Below, piece after piece: positions 19,324-27,956 of a stretch of DNA of 64,000 nucleotides (its first letter is position 1; each line of letters opens with the position of its first letter). The DNA is from Candidatus Woesebacteria bacterium (lineage in GTDB: Bacteria > Patescibacteriota > Microgenomatia > UBA8517). Location of the stretch: NCBI GenBank assembly GCA_013426185.1, contig CP058602.1, positions 335,123 to 399,122 on the forward strand. The letters are read 5' to 3'. The notes below the pieces were generated by a model. It was not told the DNA's origin and made no database searches. It saw only the letters and a program-made list of their open reading frames with translations. The position numbers and the translations under genes were made by a program.

Positions 19324-20786
19324 TTTTTCTTTTTCAAAAGTGGCCTCATTGTGGGGAAAAGAATCACCTCTTTTATACTCCAAGTATTGGTAAAAAACAT
19401 TGTTAAGCGATCAATGCCAATGCCAATGCCTCCAATAGGAGGCATTCCATATTCCATCGCCTCCAAGAAATCCTCGTCAACCTGTTGCGCTTCCTCTCTA
19501 TCTTTTCTTGCCGCTTTAACATCTGATTCAAATCTTTTTCGCTGAATCAAAGGATCGTTAAGCTCGCTCCAGCCGTCGCAAATTTCCTTGCCACCTACAT
19601 ATCCCTCAAATCTTTCAACCCAACCTGGCTCATCTGCTTTAGATTTAGAAAGAGGACTAACAGCTTCAGGATAGTCAATTATCCAAACAGGATCAATCAA
19701 AAGGTCTGTAACCTTATGCTCAAAAATGGTGTAAATCAATTGGCCCTTGTTTTCTCCACCCACAAGCTCGATTTCATTCTTGCGACAATAATCAGTCAAA
19801 AACGATTCAGAAGTTCCTAAAACATCAATTCCCAGCTTCTCGCGAATAATATCCACCATTTTAATTCGCGGCCACTTTTTGGAAATATCAATTTCCTGCT
19901 CCCCAACTTTTATTTTCATCTTGCCAAAAATAGATTTAGCCAGATGCTTAAAAAGCCCTTCTGTTACATCCATCACACGATGATAATCAGCATAGGCTTC
20001 GTAGTATTCAATCATTGTAAACTCTGGGTTGTGAGTTAAATCCATACCTTCATTTCTAAAATCCTTGCAAATCTCATAAACCTTCTCATAACCACCAACC
20101 AAAAGTCGCTTCAAATAAAGCTCGTCTGCAATTCTTAAATACATATCGCAATCCAAAGCGTTAAGATGGGTCTTAAAAGGCTTGGCATTAGCACCGCCAT
20201 AAAGAGGCTGCAGGGTTGGAGTTTCAACTTCCTGATAACCCAGACTATCAAGATAATTTCTAATCTCACGAACCAATTTAGTTCTTGTCAAAAACCTTTG
20301 CTTTACTTCAGGATTTAAAAGTAAATCAAGATAACGCTTGCGATAACGTTCCTCAATATCCTTTAGGCCATACCAAGAGGAAGGTAGTGGCCGAATAGCC
20401 TTTGACAAAAACTGAAAATCAGAAACACGAACAGTTATCTCCCCTGCCTGGGTCTTAATCACCTCGCCTGAGACAGCCAAAAAATCACCAGTATCAAAAA
20501 GAGAGATTAAAGAATAGCTCTCACCCAAAACATTTTTCTGAAAAAGAAGCTGAATAGAAGCTGTAAAATCTTCCAGATCAAGGAAAGAGGCGCCTCCATG
20601 AATTCTTATAGCTCTGATTCTACCTGCAACCAAAACGTTTTTACCCAAAGACTCACGAGCGTGAGAAATAGCCACCCTTTCCCCTTTTAAAGAAATAGAC
20701 GAAGGATAAGGATTAACGCCAAGTTTTAAGAGTTCCTCTTTTTTCTTCAACCTGTCGCTTCTAATTTTAGTTATCCTCTGGGCCAT
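19320..20786 (-). CDS. lysS: Lysyl-tRNA synthetase, class II
   Basis: 488 aa. OB-fold N-domain, FRNEGMDLTHNPEFTMIEYYEAYADY and C-terminal GMPPIGGIGIGIDRL motifs. Confidence 0.9.
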   Translation of the reverse strand: MAQRITKIRSDRLKKKEELLKLGVNPYPSSISLKGERVAISHARESLGKNVLVAGRIRAIRIHGGASFLDLEDFTASIQLLFQKNVLGESYSLISLFDTGDFLAVSGEVIKTQAGEITVRVSDFQFLSKAIRPLPSSWYGLKDIEERYRKRYLDLLLNPEVKQRFLTRTKLVREIRNYLDSLGYQEVETPTLQPLYGGANAKPFKTHLNALDCDMYLRIADELYLKRLLVGGYEKVYEICKDFRNEGMDLTHNPEFTMIEYYEAYADYHRVMDVTEGLFKHLAKSIFGKMKIKVGEQEIDISKKWPRIKMVDIIREKLGIDVLGTSESFLTDYCRKNEIELVGGENKGQLIYTIFEHKVTDLLIDPVWIIDYPEAVSPLSKSKADEPGWVERFEGYVGGKEICDGWSELNDPLIQRKRFESDVKAARKDREEAQQVDEDFLEAMEYGMPPIGGIGIGIDRLTMFFTNTWSIKEVILFPTMRPLLKKKK

Positions 20787-20829
20787 AATAAGCCTAGTAT
20801 AAATTGAAGAGGCCCTTTTTACAAGAAGA

Positions 20830-21294
20830 CTATTCTATATCGACAATTTCGTAAACCATTGTTCCGGCCGGCGCTTCAACAGAGACCTTGTCGCCCTTGG
20901 TTCTACCAACCAAAGCCTGTCCCAAAGGAGAAGAAAGAGAAATCTTCTTCTCAGCTGGATTTGCTTCCCACTCACCAACTATACGAAAGATATTTTCCTG
21001 ACCGTTAATTTTGACTCGCACTGAGTTACCAACATCAACTGTCCTATTGTCAGTACTTACCTCCACAATCTTAGCATTCTTAATTATCTCCTCTAGCTCA
21101 GAAATCCTGCCATCCAAGAAATCAAGTTCCTCACGAGCATTTTGATAATCACTGTTTTCCGAGAGATCTCCATGAGATCTGGCGTTGGCAAGCCTCTCAA
21201 CAAGCTTAGGCCGCTTTTCTTCCACTAAAACCCTAAGCTCTTTTTGCAGAGCCTCAAAACCTTCCTTGGTAAATTTAGCTTTTGTATCAACCAT
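20830..21294 (-). CDS. greA: Transcription elongation factor GreA
   Basis: Conserved GreA core (NARSHGDLSENSDYQNAREELDFLDGRISELEEII...). Likely true start MVDTKAKF at about 21294 rather than the track start. Confidence 0.85.
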   Translation of the reverse strand: MVDTKAKFTKEGFEALQKELRVLVEEKRPKLVERLANARSHGDLSENSDYQNAREELDFLDGRISELEEIIKNAKIVEVSTDNRTVDVGNSVRVKINGQENIFRIVGEWEANPAEKKISLSSPLGQALVGRTKGDKVSVEAPAGTMVYEIVDIE

Positions 21295-21479
21295 GTTTAA
21301 AAGAAAAAAGGCCGTTTCAAATAAACGGCTCAACGAATTAATTACAAAGGGATTTTAGGCTTAAGCTAAACTCTTGTCAATACTTCAAAAAATATCAAAA
21401 GCAGACAACAAAATTAGAGATCAAGCTCAACTATAATAGGATATTATATCAAAATATGTCAAAAATAACAATTAACAAA

Positions 21480-21757
21480 TTAACAGTTAACAAATTAACT
21501 TAAAAATAGAACAAAGGGAAAATTACAAATTACAAATTCCAATATACAAACAATATACAAGTACCAATAAACAAATTACAAACAGATTATAGAATCTAGA
21601 TTTAGGATTTAAGATTTAAGAATTCCTGCTTCCTAATTACTACTTTCTACTTGCGTTTCTTTTACCTTTTACCTCTTGCCTTTTACCCTCTAGGAATTTT
21701 GCTTTCTACTTCCTGCATTCTACTTTCTACTGATTTTTGTGCTAAAATAACTTACTC
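21480..21757. repeat. Mosaic AT-rich intergenic repeat region (modules M5, M3, M2) upstream of tRNA-Glu
   Basis: attacaaattccaatatacaaacaatatacaagta module also at 63140..63200. ctttctacttgcgtttcttttaccttttacctcttgccttttacc module also at 22115..22168, 39440..39480 and as reverse complement at 55135..55175. Confidence 0.6.
21740..21748 (+). promoter_or_regulatory. Possible extended -10 promoter (TGcTAAAAT) for tRNA-Glu
   Basis: TG-n-TAAAAT sits 9 nt upstream of the mature tRNA 5' end. No clear -35. Confidence 0.35.
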
Positions 21758-21830
21758 GGCGCTATCGTCTAGAGGCCCAGGACGGCAGGTTCTCATCCTG
21801 CAAACCCCGGTTCGAATCCGGGTAGCGTCA
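21758..21830 (+). tRNA. tRNA-Glu (anticodon CUC)
   Basis: Manual fold: acceptor GGCGCUA/UAGCGUC (one G-U), D-arm, anticodon stem GCAGG/CCUGC with loop UUCUCAU, T-arm CCGGUUCGAAUCCGG, discriminator A. No encoded CCA. Confidence 0.8.
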
Positions 21831-22225
21831 CACAATAACTTAAAACTTAAAACTTAAAAATCAAAAGTCAAAAAAAGTGGATTACAGATTACAGAATACA
21901 GATTAGAGAATAAAATTACAAATCCTAATATCTAAATTCCAAATTCTAATTTCTAAATCCTAAATTCTAAACAATTCTACAATGATCCAATTCCTCAAAT
22001 CACAAACAAATAAATCCCAACTTTGAACTTTTAATTTTGAACTTTGAACTCCTGAGGATAGATTTTGGATTATAGATTATAGATTATAGAATTTTGCTTT
22101 CTACTTTCTACTTACTACTTTCTACTTGCGTTTCTTTTACCTTTTACCTCTTGCCTTTTACCTATTATCATACTTGATACTAATCTCGGCCAGATTCGGC
22201 TAATTCCGACAGCTATATCTAGTCA
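21831..22225. repeat. Mosaic AT-rich intergenic repeat region (modules M4, M6, M3-M2-M1) downstream of tRNA-Glu
   Basis: Modules shared with 39106..39528: cttaaaacttaaaa...tcaaaagtcaaaa; aaattccaaattctaatttctaaatcctaaattctaaacaatt; ctttctacttactactttctactt + ttcttttaccttttacctcttgccttttacc + catacttgatact. Confidence 0.6.
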
Positions 22226-24634
22226 TCAAGCCACAAGAACACTAGGAGAAAGATCGCGATTTTTCCCTGCAGCAATCTCTTTAAACGGATCTTTGATCAA
22301 AGCTAACTTTAGAACTTCGCGCATATCTTCTACAAAAACAAATTTTATGCTCTTTTTTACCTCGCTTGGCACATCATCCATATCCTTCTTATTACCCTTA
22401 GGCAAAATAATGGTCTTTAAGCCAGCTCGATACCCTGCAATAACTTTCTCTTTTACTCCGCCTATTTCCATCACTTTTCCACGAAGTGTAATTTCTCCTG
22501 TCATCCCAACTTCCTTCTTAACTGGAATACCAGTTAATGCCGATATCAAAGCTGTAGTTAAGGCAATACCAGCTGAAGGACCATCTTTAGGAACTGCTCC
22601 TTCGGGAACATGGATATGAATATCAGTTTTACTACCAAAATCAGGTTTCAAACCAAACTCTCGCCAATGAGATCTTGCCCAGCTGAAAGCGGCTTTAGCC
22701 GATTCTTTCATCACCTCACCAAGCTGCCCTGTCAGATAAAGCTTTCCTTTCCCGGGCATTAGAGCTACTTCAACAAAAAGAATTTCACCACCTGCTGCAG
22801 TTACAGCAAGACCAGTAACCACCCCAACCTCGTCTTTTTTCTCTGCCAACGCCGACGAAAACTTCCTTGGACCCAAAAACTTCCTTACCTCTCTAAGGCC
22901 GATCTTCTTGGGACATGGCTTTTTCTCAGCCACGCTTCTTGCAATTTTGCGACAAATAGTTGCAAGCATACGTTCAAGCTCACGAACTCCAGCTTCTTTG
23001 GTATATCTTTCTATAATTTCATCCAATGCCTCTTTGGTTAATTTAATCTTTTTGTCTTCAAGACCATGAAGTTTTAATTGCTTTGGCCACAAGAATTCTT
23101 CTGCAATCTTTTGCTTTTCGTTTTGGGTATAGCCTGGAAAGCGGATTATTTCCATTCTATCGCGTAATGGATCAATAATATTTTCTGCCACATTGCCAGT
23201 TGCGATAAACATTACTTTGGAAAGATCAAAAGGCACCTCAAGATAATGGTCAGAAAACTCCTTATTTTGCTCAGGATCCAAGGCCTCAAGAAGAGCAGAC
23301 GAAGGATCACCTCTAAAATCAACGCCCAATTTATCTATTTCATCAAGCATAAAAACTGGGTTTTTGGTCTTGGCATTCTTAATCCCCTGAATTATCCTGC
23401 CAGGCAGAGCACCGACATAAGTTCGCCTATGGCCTCTGATTTCTGCTTCATCACGAATGCCACCAAGAGAAACTCTGACAAAACTCCTACCCAAAGCCTT
23501 AGCTATTGAGCGGCCAATTGAAGTTTTACCCACTCCAGGCGGTCCAACAAAACAAAAAATGGTGGGTTGCGCATCTTGAGACTTTTTACCCTTCTTGATC
23601 TTCATAACCGCTAGATATTCAAGGATTCTTTCCTTTACCTTTTCAAGCCCGTAGTGGTCTTTTTTCAAAATAGAAGCCGCTTTTTTAATAGAGATATTAT
23701 TTGGAGACTCTTTGCTCCAAGGCATATCACAAAGCCAGTCAAGATAATTCCTAATATAGCCGCTTTCAGGATTTTGGATAGGCATCTGCATTAAACGCTT
23801 AAGCTCTTTCTGAGCTTTTTCTTCAACATCTTTGGGCATTTTTGCCTCTTTAATTTTCTTTTTATACATTTTTACCTCGTCCGAATCTAGCTCCGATTCT
23901 TCTTCTCCCAGCTCCTCCTCAATAGCACGTTTTTTCTCCCTTAACATTGCCCTCCTTACTTGATCCTCAAATTTCTTCTGGGTCTTTGAGCTTATACTTC
24001 TTTCAATTTCAAGAACATTAACCTCGCGCAAAAGAGCTTCAAAAACCGACCTCAACCTTTTAAGGAGCGAGGTTTCTTCTAAAAGTTTTATCCTTTCCTC
24101 GGTCGAGACCTCAAGCAAAGAAGCAACCTGATCGGCAAGCTCAACTGGGGTTGACTGTCCAGAGACAACCTTCATCACAGTAACTATTTCAGCCTGCTTA
24201 CCCAACTTAATTGCTCTTTTGAAAAGATCTACTATTCTTTTTGCCAAAGCATCTACTTCTGGAGAATCTTCTTTTTGTTCTTCAATTTCAATAACATCAG
24301 CTATCAAAAAAGGTTCTGTTTTGACCAAATTTTGGATTTTAATTCTTGCCTGACCGCGAACCAAGGCATGGACATCCTCTTCAGAAGACATCATCTGGGC
24401 AATCGTAGCAATAGTACCCACTTCGTAAAGATCTTTAAGTTTAGGATCCAACAGCTCGGGGTCTTTTTGAGTAAAAATAGCCACTACCCTCTGAGACTGA
24501 AAAGCATTATTAATAGCCAAAACCGACTTAGGCCTACCAAAAGAAAGAATATTATCGGTATGCGGAAAAACTACCGAATCTCGAATAGCAATTACTGGAA
24601 TTTGTCTTAAAACTTTAACTAATTTCTCGCTCAT
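22226..24634 (-). CDS. lon: ATP-dependent Lon protease
   Basis: Walker A GPPGVGKTS, AAA+ module, C-terminal protease motif DGPSAGIALTTALISALTG. Track start at 24679 is TTG; the ATG giving MSEKLVKVL at about 24634 is preferred. Confidence 0.9.
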   Translation of the reverse strand: MSEKLVKVLRQIPVIAIRDSVVFPHTDNILSFGRPKSVLAINNAFQSQRVVAIFTQKDPELLDPKLKDLYEVGTIATIAQMMSSEEDVHALVRGQARIKIQNLVKTEPFLIADVIEIEEQKEDSPEVDALAKRIVDLFKRAIKLGKQAEIVTVMKVVSGQSTPVELADQVASLLEVSTEERIKLLEETSLLKRLRSVFEALLREVNVLEIERSISSKTQKKFEDQVRRAMLREKKRAIEEELGEEESELDSDEVKMYKKKIKEAKMPKDVEEKAQKELKRLMQMPIQNPESGYIRNYLDWLCDMPWSKESPNNISIKKAASILKKDHYGLEKVKERILEYLAVMKIKKGKKSQDAQPTIFCFVGPPGVGKTSIGRSIAKALGRSFVRVSLGGIRDEAEIRGHRRTYVGALPGRIIQGIKNAKTKNPVFMLDEIDKLGVDFRGDPSSALLEALDPEQNKEFSDHYLEVPFDLSKVMFIATGNVAENIIDPLRDRMEIIRFPGYTQNEKQKIAEEFLWPKQLKLHGLEDKKIKLTKEALDEIIERYTKEAGVRELERMLATICRKIARSVAEKKPCPKKIGLREVRKFLGPRKFSSALAEKKDEVGVVTGLAVTAAGGEILFVEVALMPGKGKLYLTGQLGEVMKESAKAAFSWARSHWREFGLKPDFGSKTDIHIHVPEGAVPKDGPSAGIALTTALISALTGIPVKKEVGMTGEITLRGKVMEIGGVKEKVIAGYRAGLKTIILPKGNKKDMDDVPSEVKKSIKFVFVEDMREVLKLALIKDPFKEIAAGKNRDLSPSVLVA

Positions 24635-24650
24635 ATTTGTTGGTTTTAGC

Positions 24651-24679
24651 AGTCTAAAACATTGTCTGCTAAAAGTCAA
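24651..24679 (-). promoter_or_regulatory. Putative sigma70-like promoter for lon (TTGACT-N17-TAGACT)
   Basis: On the minus strand, TTGACTtttagcagacaatgtttTAGACT lies about 15 nt upstream of the preferred lon ATG. Gives a very short leader. Confidence 0.3.
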
Positions 24680-24685
24680 GAGGTA

Positions 24686-25384
24686 TTATTTTCTTTTTAA
24701 ACCCTTATCCTTCAAAAACAAGGTCTCAAGCAACAAAGCAGTAAAAATACCTAAAGTTGCACCACCAAGAACATCAACTGGAAAATGGACTCTGCTTAAA
24801 ATTCTGCCAATTCCCACCAAACTGGCAAGAAAAAAATAAAATATTCCCAATTTTTTATCAATCAGAAAAATTGCAGTTGCCAAACCAAAAGCAGAGGCTG
24901 TATGACCAGAAGGAAAAGAATTATCAAGCGGTGTTGTCAAGGTCAAAGGATTTACTCCATTAAGCAAAAACGGGCGGACGGTAGGTAAAAGATCTTTGAA
25001 CATTTGTGACAAAACCCAAGCCATGAGACTTGAAACTAAAACAAAAAACAAATTTCGTTTTGGTATCTTGCCCAAGTAAAACCAAAAAAATAGACCCAGA
25101 TACATAAACCAAATTAAGAAACTGGCCAAGAAAGTAACCCAATTATTAGCACCTGAAAATAATAGCCTAAAATCGACAAGATTTTCATCTTGCCTAATTT
25201 GACTTATACCAAGGACCTTATTGCTCTCCCCTACCGGACGACTATTGCCAAAAAACAAAAAATTCGAGTAACTTTTACAACACTCAGATTTATGCCTAAG
25301 CCCAGTGTTTTGCCAAAGAGCAATAAGTGCAAAGGCAAAAAACAAAAGGGGTAAAAACAAAAGCAAAAATCTCTTTGAATTCAT
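24686..25384 (-). CDS. PAP2-family membrane phosphatase (undecaprenyl-diphosphate / lipid phosphatase type)
   Basis: PAP2 signature motifs KDLLPTVRP ... SFPSGHTASAF ... SRVHFPVDVLGG. Six TM helices. Confidence 0.8.
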   Translation of the reverse strand: MNSKRFLLLFLPLLFFAFALIALWQNTGLRHKSECCKSYSNFLFFGNSRPVGESNKVLGISQIRQDENLVDFRLLFSGANNWVTFLASFLIWFMYLGLFFWFYLGKIPKRNLFFVLVSSLMAWVLSQMFKDLLPTVRPFLLNGVNPLTLTTPLDNSFPSGHTASAFGLATAIFLIDKKLGIFYFFLASLVGIGRILSRVHFPVDVLGGATLGIFTALLLETLFLKDKGLKRK

Positions 25385-25412
25385 ATCTAATTAATGATAA
25401 CATCTTAGAGGA

Positions 25413-25778
25413 ATGAGTAAAACCCATTCAACATCAAAAAGTTTTGTATATGCTTCGGAAGGTTTGACAAAAGCTCTAAAAGATGAGCCTAATCTTAAAA
25501 TACATTTTGTCTTCGCCATTTTGGCAATTACTCTTGCCGTCATTTTAAAGCTGTCAAATATAGAATTTGCCATTCTGACGCTCAGTATTGGAATGGTCAT
25601 CACTCTTGAATTAATAAACACAATGCTTGAAGCCTTAGTAGATTTAGTCAGTCCTGAAATTAAACCTCAAGCAAAAGTTGCTAAAGACGTTTCAGCAGCT
25701 GCTGTGTTGATGTCCGCTATTGTCTCTTTAGTCATTGGAGCACTCCTCTTTCTGCCTAAGATTTTAGAACTTTTTTAA
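25413..25778 (+). CDS. dgkA: Diacylglycerol/undecaprenol kinase DgkA family
   Basis: 121 aa, 3 TM. Conserved DAGK_prokar-like core (NLKIHFVFAILAI...EFAILTLSIGMVITLELINTMLEALVDLVSPE...AKDVSAAAVLMSA). Confidence 0.7.
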   Translation: MSKTHSTSKSFVYASEGLTKALKDEPNLKIHFVFAILAITLAVILKLSNIEFAILTLSIGMVITLELINTMLEALVDLVSPEIKPQAKVAKDVSAAAVLMSAIVSLVIGALLFLPKILELF

Positions 25779-26512
25779 ACCACAAAACAAATAACAGCCA
25801 AAATCAGGCAGTAAAAAGCAAAAACTTTAAAATTGCGTGAGAGTAAAAATTTCAAAGCCAAGCTTATCGCCAAAAATCCAGACACAAAGCTTGCCAAAAA
25901 ACCTAAAGAATAAACACCAAAATTAATTTGAGAATCAAAGCCATACTTTAAAATCTGCAAGACGTTTGCTCCCAAAACAGCAGGAACAGAAAGTAAAAAG
26001 GAAAATCGAGCTGCTTCCTTTCTATCAAGACCTGAAACTATACCTGCAAAAATGGTAGAACCCGAACGGGAAACACCGGGGGTAATGGCCAAAGCTTGAA
26101 AAACTCCAATAATAAAGGAATTTTTATTATCTAATAAAGAGGAAGCTTTTTGTTTTCTGTCGGATATAAAATTGAAAATAGCGCTTAAAATCAAAGCTGC
26201 ACCAACCAGTCTAATGTTCTTAAAAAGAAGCTCTATCTGATCTGAAAATAAAAATCCCACAGCAACCGCAGGAATAGTTGCTATGACAATAAATTTCAAA
26301 TAAGAAAAGGAAAGCTTAAAAAAATCTTTTCTAAAATAAAAAAGAATAGCGAATAAAGTCCCAAGATGAAGTATGACATCAAAAAGAACTCCGGGTTGGT
26401 AGAATGAAGGAAACAAAGACTGGATTAAAACAAGATGAGCCGATGAGGAAACAGGCAAAAATTCTGTCAATCCCTGAACAACACCTAATACTAAAGCTTG
26501 AAAATAATTCAT
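25775..26512 (-). CDS. uppP: Undecaprenyl-diphosphatase UppP (BacA)
   Basis: GLTEFLPVSSSAHL and GVSRSGSTI signature motifs. 245 aa, 8 TM. Confidence 0.9.
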   Translation of the reverse strand: MNYFQALVLGVVQGLTEFLPVSSSAHLVLIQSLFPSFYQPGVLFDVILHLGTLFAILFYFRKDFFKLSFSYLKFIVIATIPAVAVGFLFSDQIELLFKNIRLVGAALILSAIFNFISDRKQKASSLLDNKNSFIIGVFQALAITPGVSRSGSTIFAGIVSGLDRKEAARFSFLLSVPAVLGANVLQILKYGFDSQINFGVYSLGFLASFVSGFLAISLALKFLLSRNFKVFAFYCLILAVICFVV

Positions 26513-26524
26513 AAAACTAATATA

Positions 26525-27196
26525 TCATAAGTCTAAAGCAAAGTTTTGCCAATTATCGGAATTTAATTTCTCAAGTGAAACTGAATTTTCTACTTTAAGA
26601 TCGCCTATTAAGAGGCGTCTTAATGAAGAAAGAAAAGCACCTGTCTCAAGTTTTCTGCCAATATCACGCGCAAGAGCGCGAATATAAGTGCCAGATGAGA
26701 CTTTACAAATTATTTTTATTTTTGGATAAGAATAATCAGCTACTTTAATTGAATAAACCGTTATTTTTCTTGGCTTGAGTCTTAAAAAATTCCCTTTTCT
26801 TGCCATCTCGTAGGATTTTTTGCCCTTAATTTTGACGGCAGAAAAGAATGGAGGCGTTTGCTCCTTTTCCCCCTCAAAACTTTTGATAGCTTCCAGAATT
26901 TCTTCTCTAGAAGGCACTCTATCACTTCTTAATCCATCTTGCCTTGTTTCTCCTGTTATATCATCTGTTGTTCTTTCTTCACCTAAAGTAATTTCCGCCT
27001 CATATTCTTTATCAAGACCTAAAAAATAAGAAAGCCTTGAAGTAGAATCTCTTCCAACCCCTAAAATCAAAAGGCCACTTGCAAAAGGATCAAGAGTACC
27101 AGCGTGGCCGACTCGTCTTTCCCCTGTAATCTTCCTTACCCTATCGACAACATCATGAGAAGTTATTCCGCAAGGCTTATCAATAAGTAAAAACAT
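26525..27196 (-). CDS. truB: tRNA pseudouridine(55) synthase TruB
   Basis: LLIDKPCGITSHDVV...GHAGTLDPFASGLLILGVG catalytic Asp motif. 223 aa. Confidence 0.85.
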   Translation of the reverse strand: MFLLIDKPCGITSHDVVDRVRKITGERRVGHAGTLDPFASGLLILGVGRDSTSRLSYFLGLDKEYEAEITLGEERTTDDITGETRQDGLRSDRVPSREEILEAIKSFEGEKEQTPPFFSAVKIKGKKSYEMARKGNFLRLKPRKITVYSIKVADYSYPKIKIICKVSSGTYIRALARDIGRKLETGAFLSSLRRLLIGDLKVENSVSLEKLNSDNWQNFALDL

Positions 27197-27234
27197 AAGC
27201 TTAATCTATCTCAAAAAAAGCTCTAAATCAACAC

Positions 27235-27265
27235 TACACCCCGGGTGTGTACTGAAGCGAAACCT
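27235..27265 (+). promoter_or_regulatory. Conserved palindromic motif P4 copy 1 (tacacccc-ggg-tgtgtactgaagcgaaacct) in divergent promoter region
   Basis: About 30-nt motif repeated at 27862..27892, with the palindromic core acaccc/gggtgt. Located between divergent truB and 27396 gene. Confidence 0.4.
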
Positions 27266-27395
27266 CCGTTTTTAGCAGCTACTTAAATCCACAAAAAAAC
27301 TTAATCTACTAAATAAAGATATTGCACTAAAATCAAAAAAGAGTTAAAATCATCCTCACTTGCACATTCAAATCTTTTTTCTAAGGAGAGTAAAG

Positions 27396-27776
27396 ATGTT
27401 AGTCAGACAAAGGATGATTTCCAAAACTATCCTGCTAGAATGGATCCGGAATATGGATCCCAAACATCAGCAAAAATTGGAGAATATTACACTATCATCA
27501 GGAGCAGAATTACTGACCATTGAAGAAGAAGCAAAAATTAAAGCTTACTTGGGTGTTTTTTTTGGAGAATATGAGATAAAATTACTAAACAAGCTAAGAG
27601 CAGACTGTAATGGCTTAAGAGGGGAAAAACCTTGCGACGGATGCCCAAGTAAAATTCTCATCTCCTTTGGATTAGCAAGATTTGACAACGGCAGAGGGGA
27701 AAAACTCCTCAAGGCAACCAAGTTTGCCTTCTACGAAGAGGTTCTATACCTCTTAGGAGTAATCAGAAGATTTTAG
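27396..27776 (+). CDS. Hypothetical protein with C-x7-C-x2-C cysteine cluster
   Basis: Track ORF starts at 27360. ATG at about 27396 has an AGGAG SD 8 nt upstream (MLVRQRMISKT...). Followed by a strong terminator. Confidence 0.5.
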   Translation: MLVRQRMISKTILLEWIRNMDPKHQQKLENITLSSGAELLTIEEEAKIKAYLGVFFGEYEIKLLNKLRADCNGLRGEKPCDGCPSKILISFGLARFDNGRGEKLLKATKFAFYEEVLYLLGVIRRF

Positions 27777-27786
27777 ATTTTACCAC

Positions 27787-27850
27787 CCAAGTGGGTATTG
27801 ATTGACAAATCAACGCTGTCAAACTCAATACCCACTTGGCCTTATTTTTT
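27787..27850 (+). terminator. Rho-independent terminator (perfect 15-bp stem + T7)
   Basis: ccaagtgggtattga...tcaatacccacttgg followed by cttatttttt. Confidence 0.8.
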
Positions 27851-27861
27851 ACCTCAAAATG

Positions 27862-27892
27862 TACACCCCATGGGTGTACTGAAGCGACACCT
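27862..27892 (+). promoter_or_regulatory. Conserved palindromic motif P4 copy 2 upstream of MacA-like gene
   Basis: tacaccccatgggtgtactgaagcgacacct. Alternative pairings acaccc/gggtgt and ggtgt/acacc. Confidence 0.4.
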
Positions 27893-27956
27893 GGGTAGAA
27901 TAAAACTAAAACACCTGCCTTTATTTTTACATCAAAAAAGATTAAAATATCCTCTT

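Noticed and set aside
19380-19450. ccaatgccaatgccaatgcc tandem repeat as slippage/frameshift site
   Set aside because: It encodes the conserved GIGIGIDRL motif of LysRS in frame. No disruption.
21334-22225. Possible CRISPR array in the AT-rich repetitive intergenic regions
   Set aside because: Repeats are heterogeneous modules of different lengths with irregular spacing. There are no uniform 25-40-nt direct repeats separated by unique spacers, and no cas genes.
24634-24679. Extended N-termini given by the ORF track for lon, greA, HD protein, 14084..15043, 27798..29021, 13870..14106
   Set aside because: Extensions start at TTG or run into neighbouring genes, terminators or repeat motifs. Internal ATG codons restore non-overlapping, homology-consistent starts.
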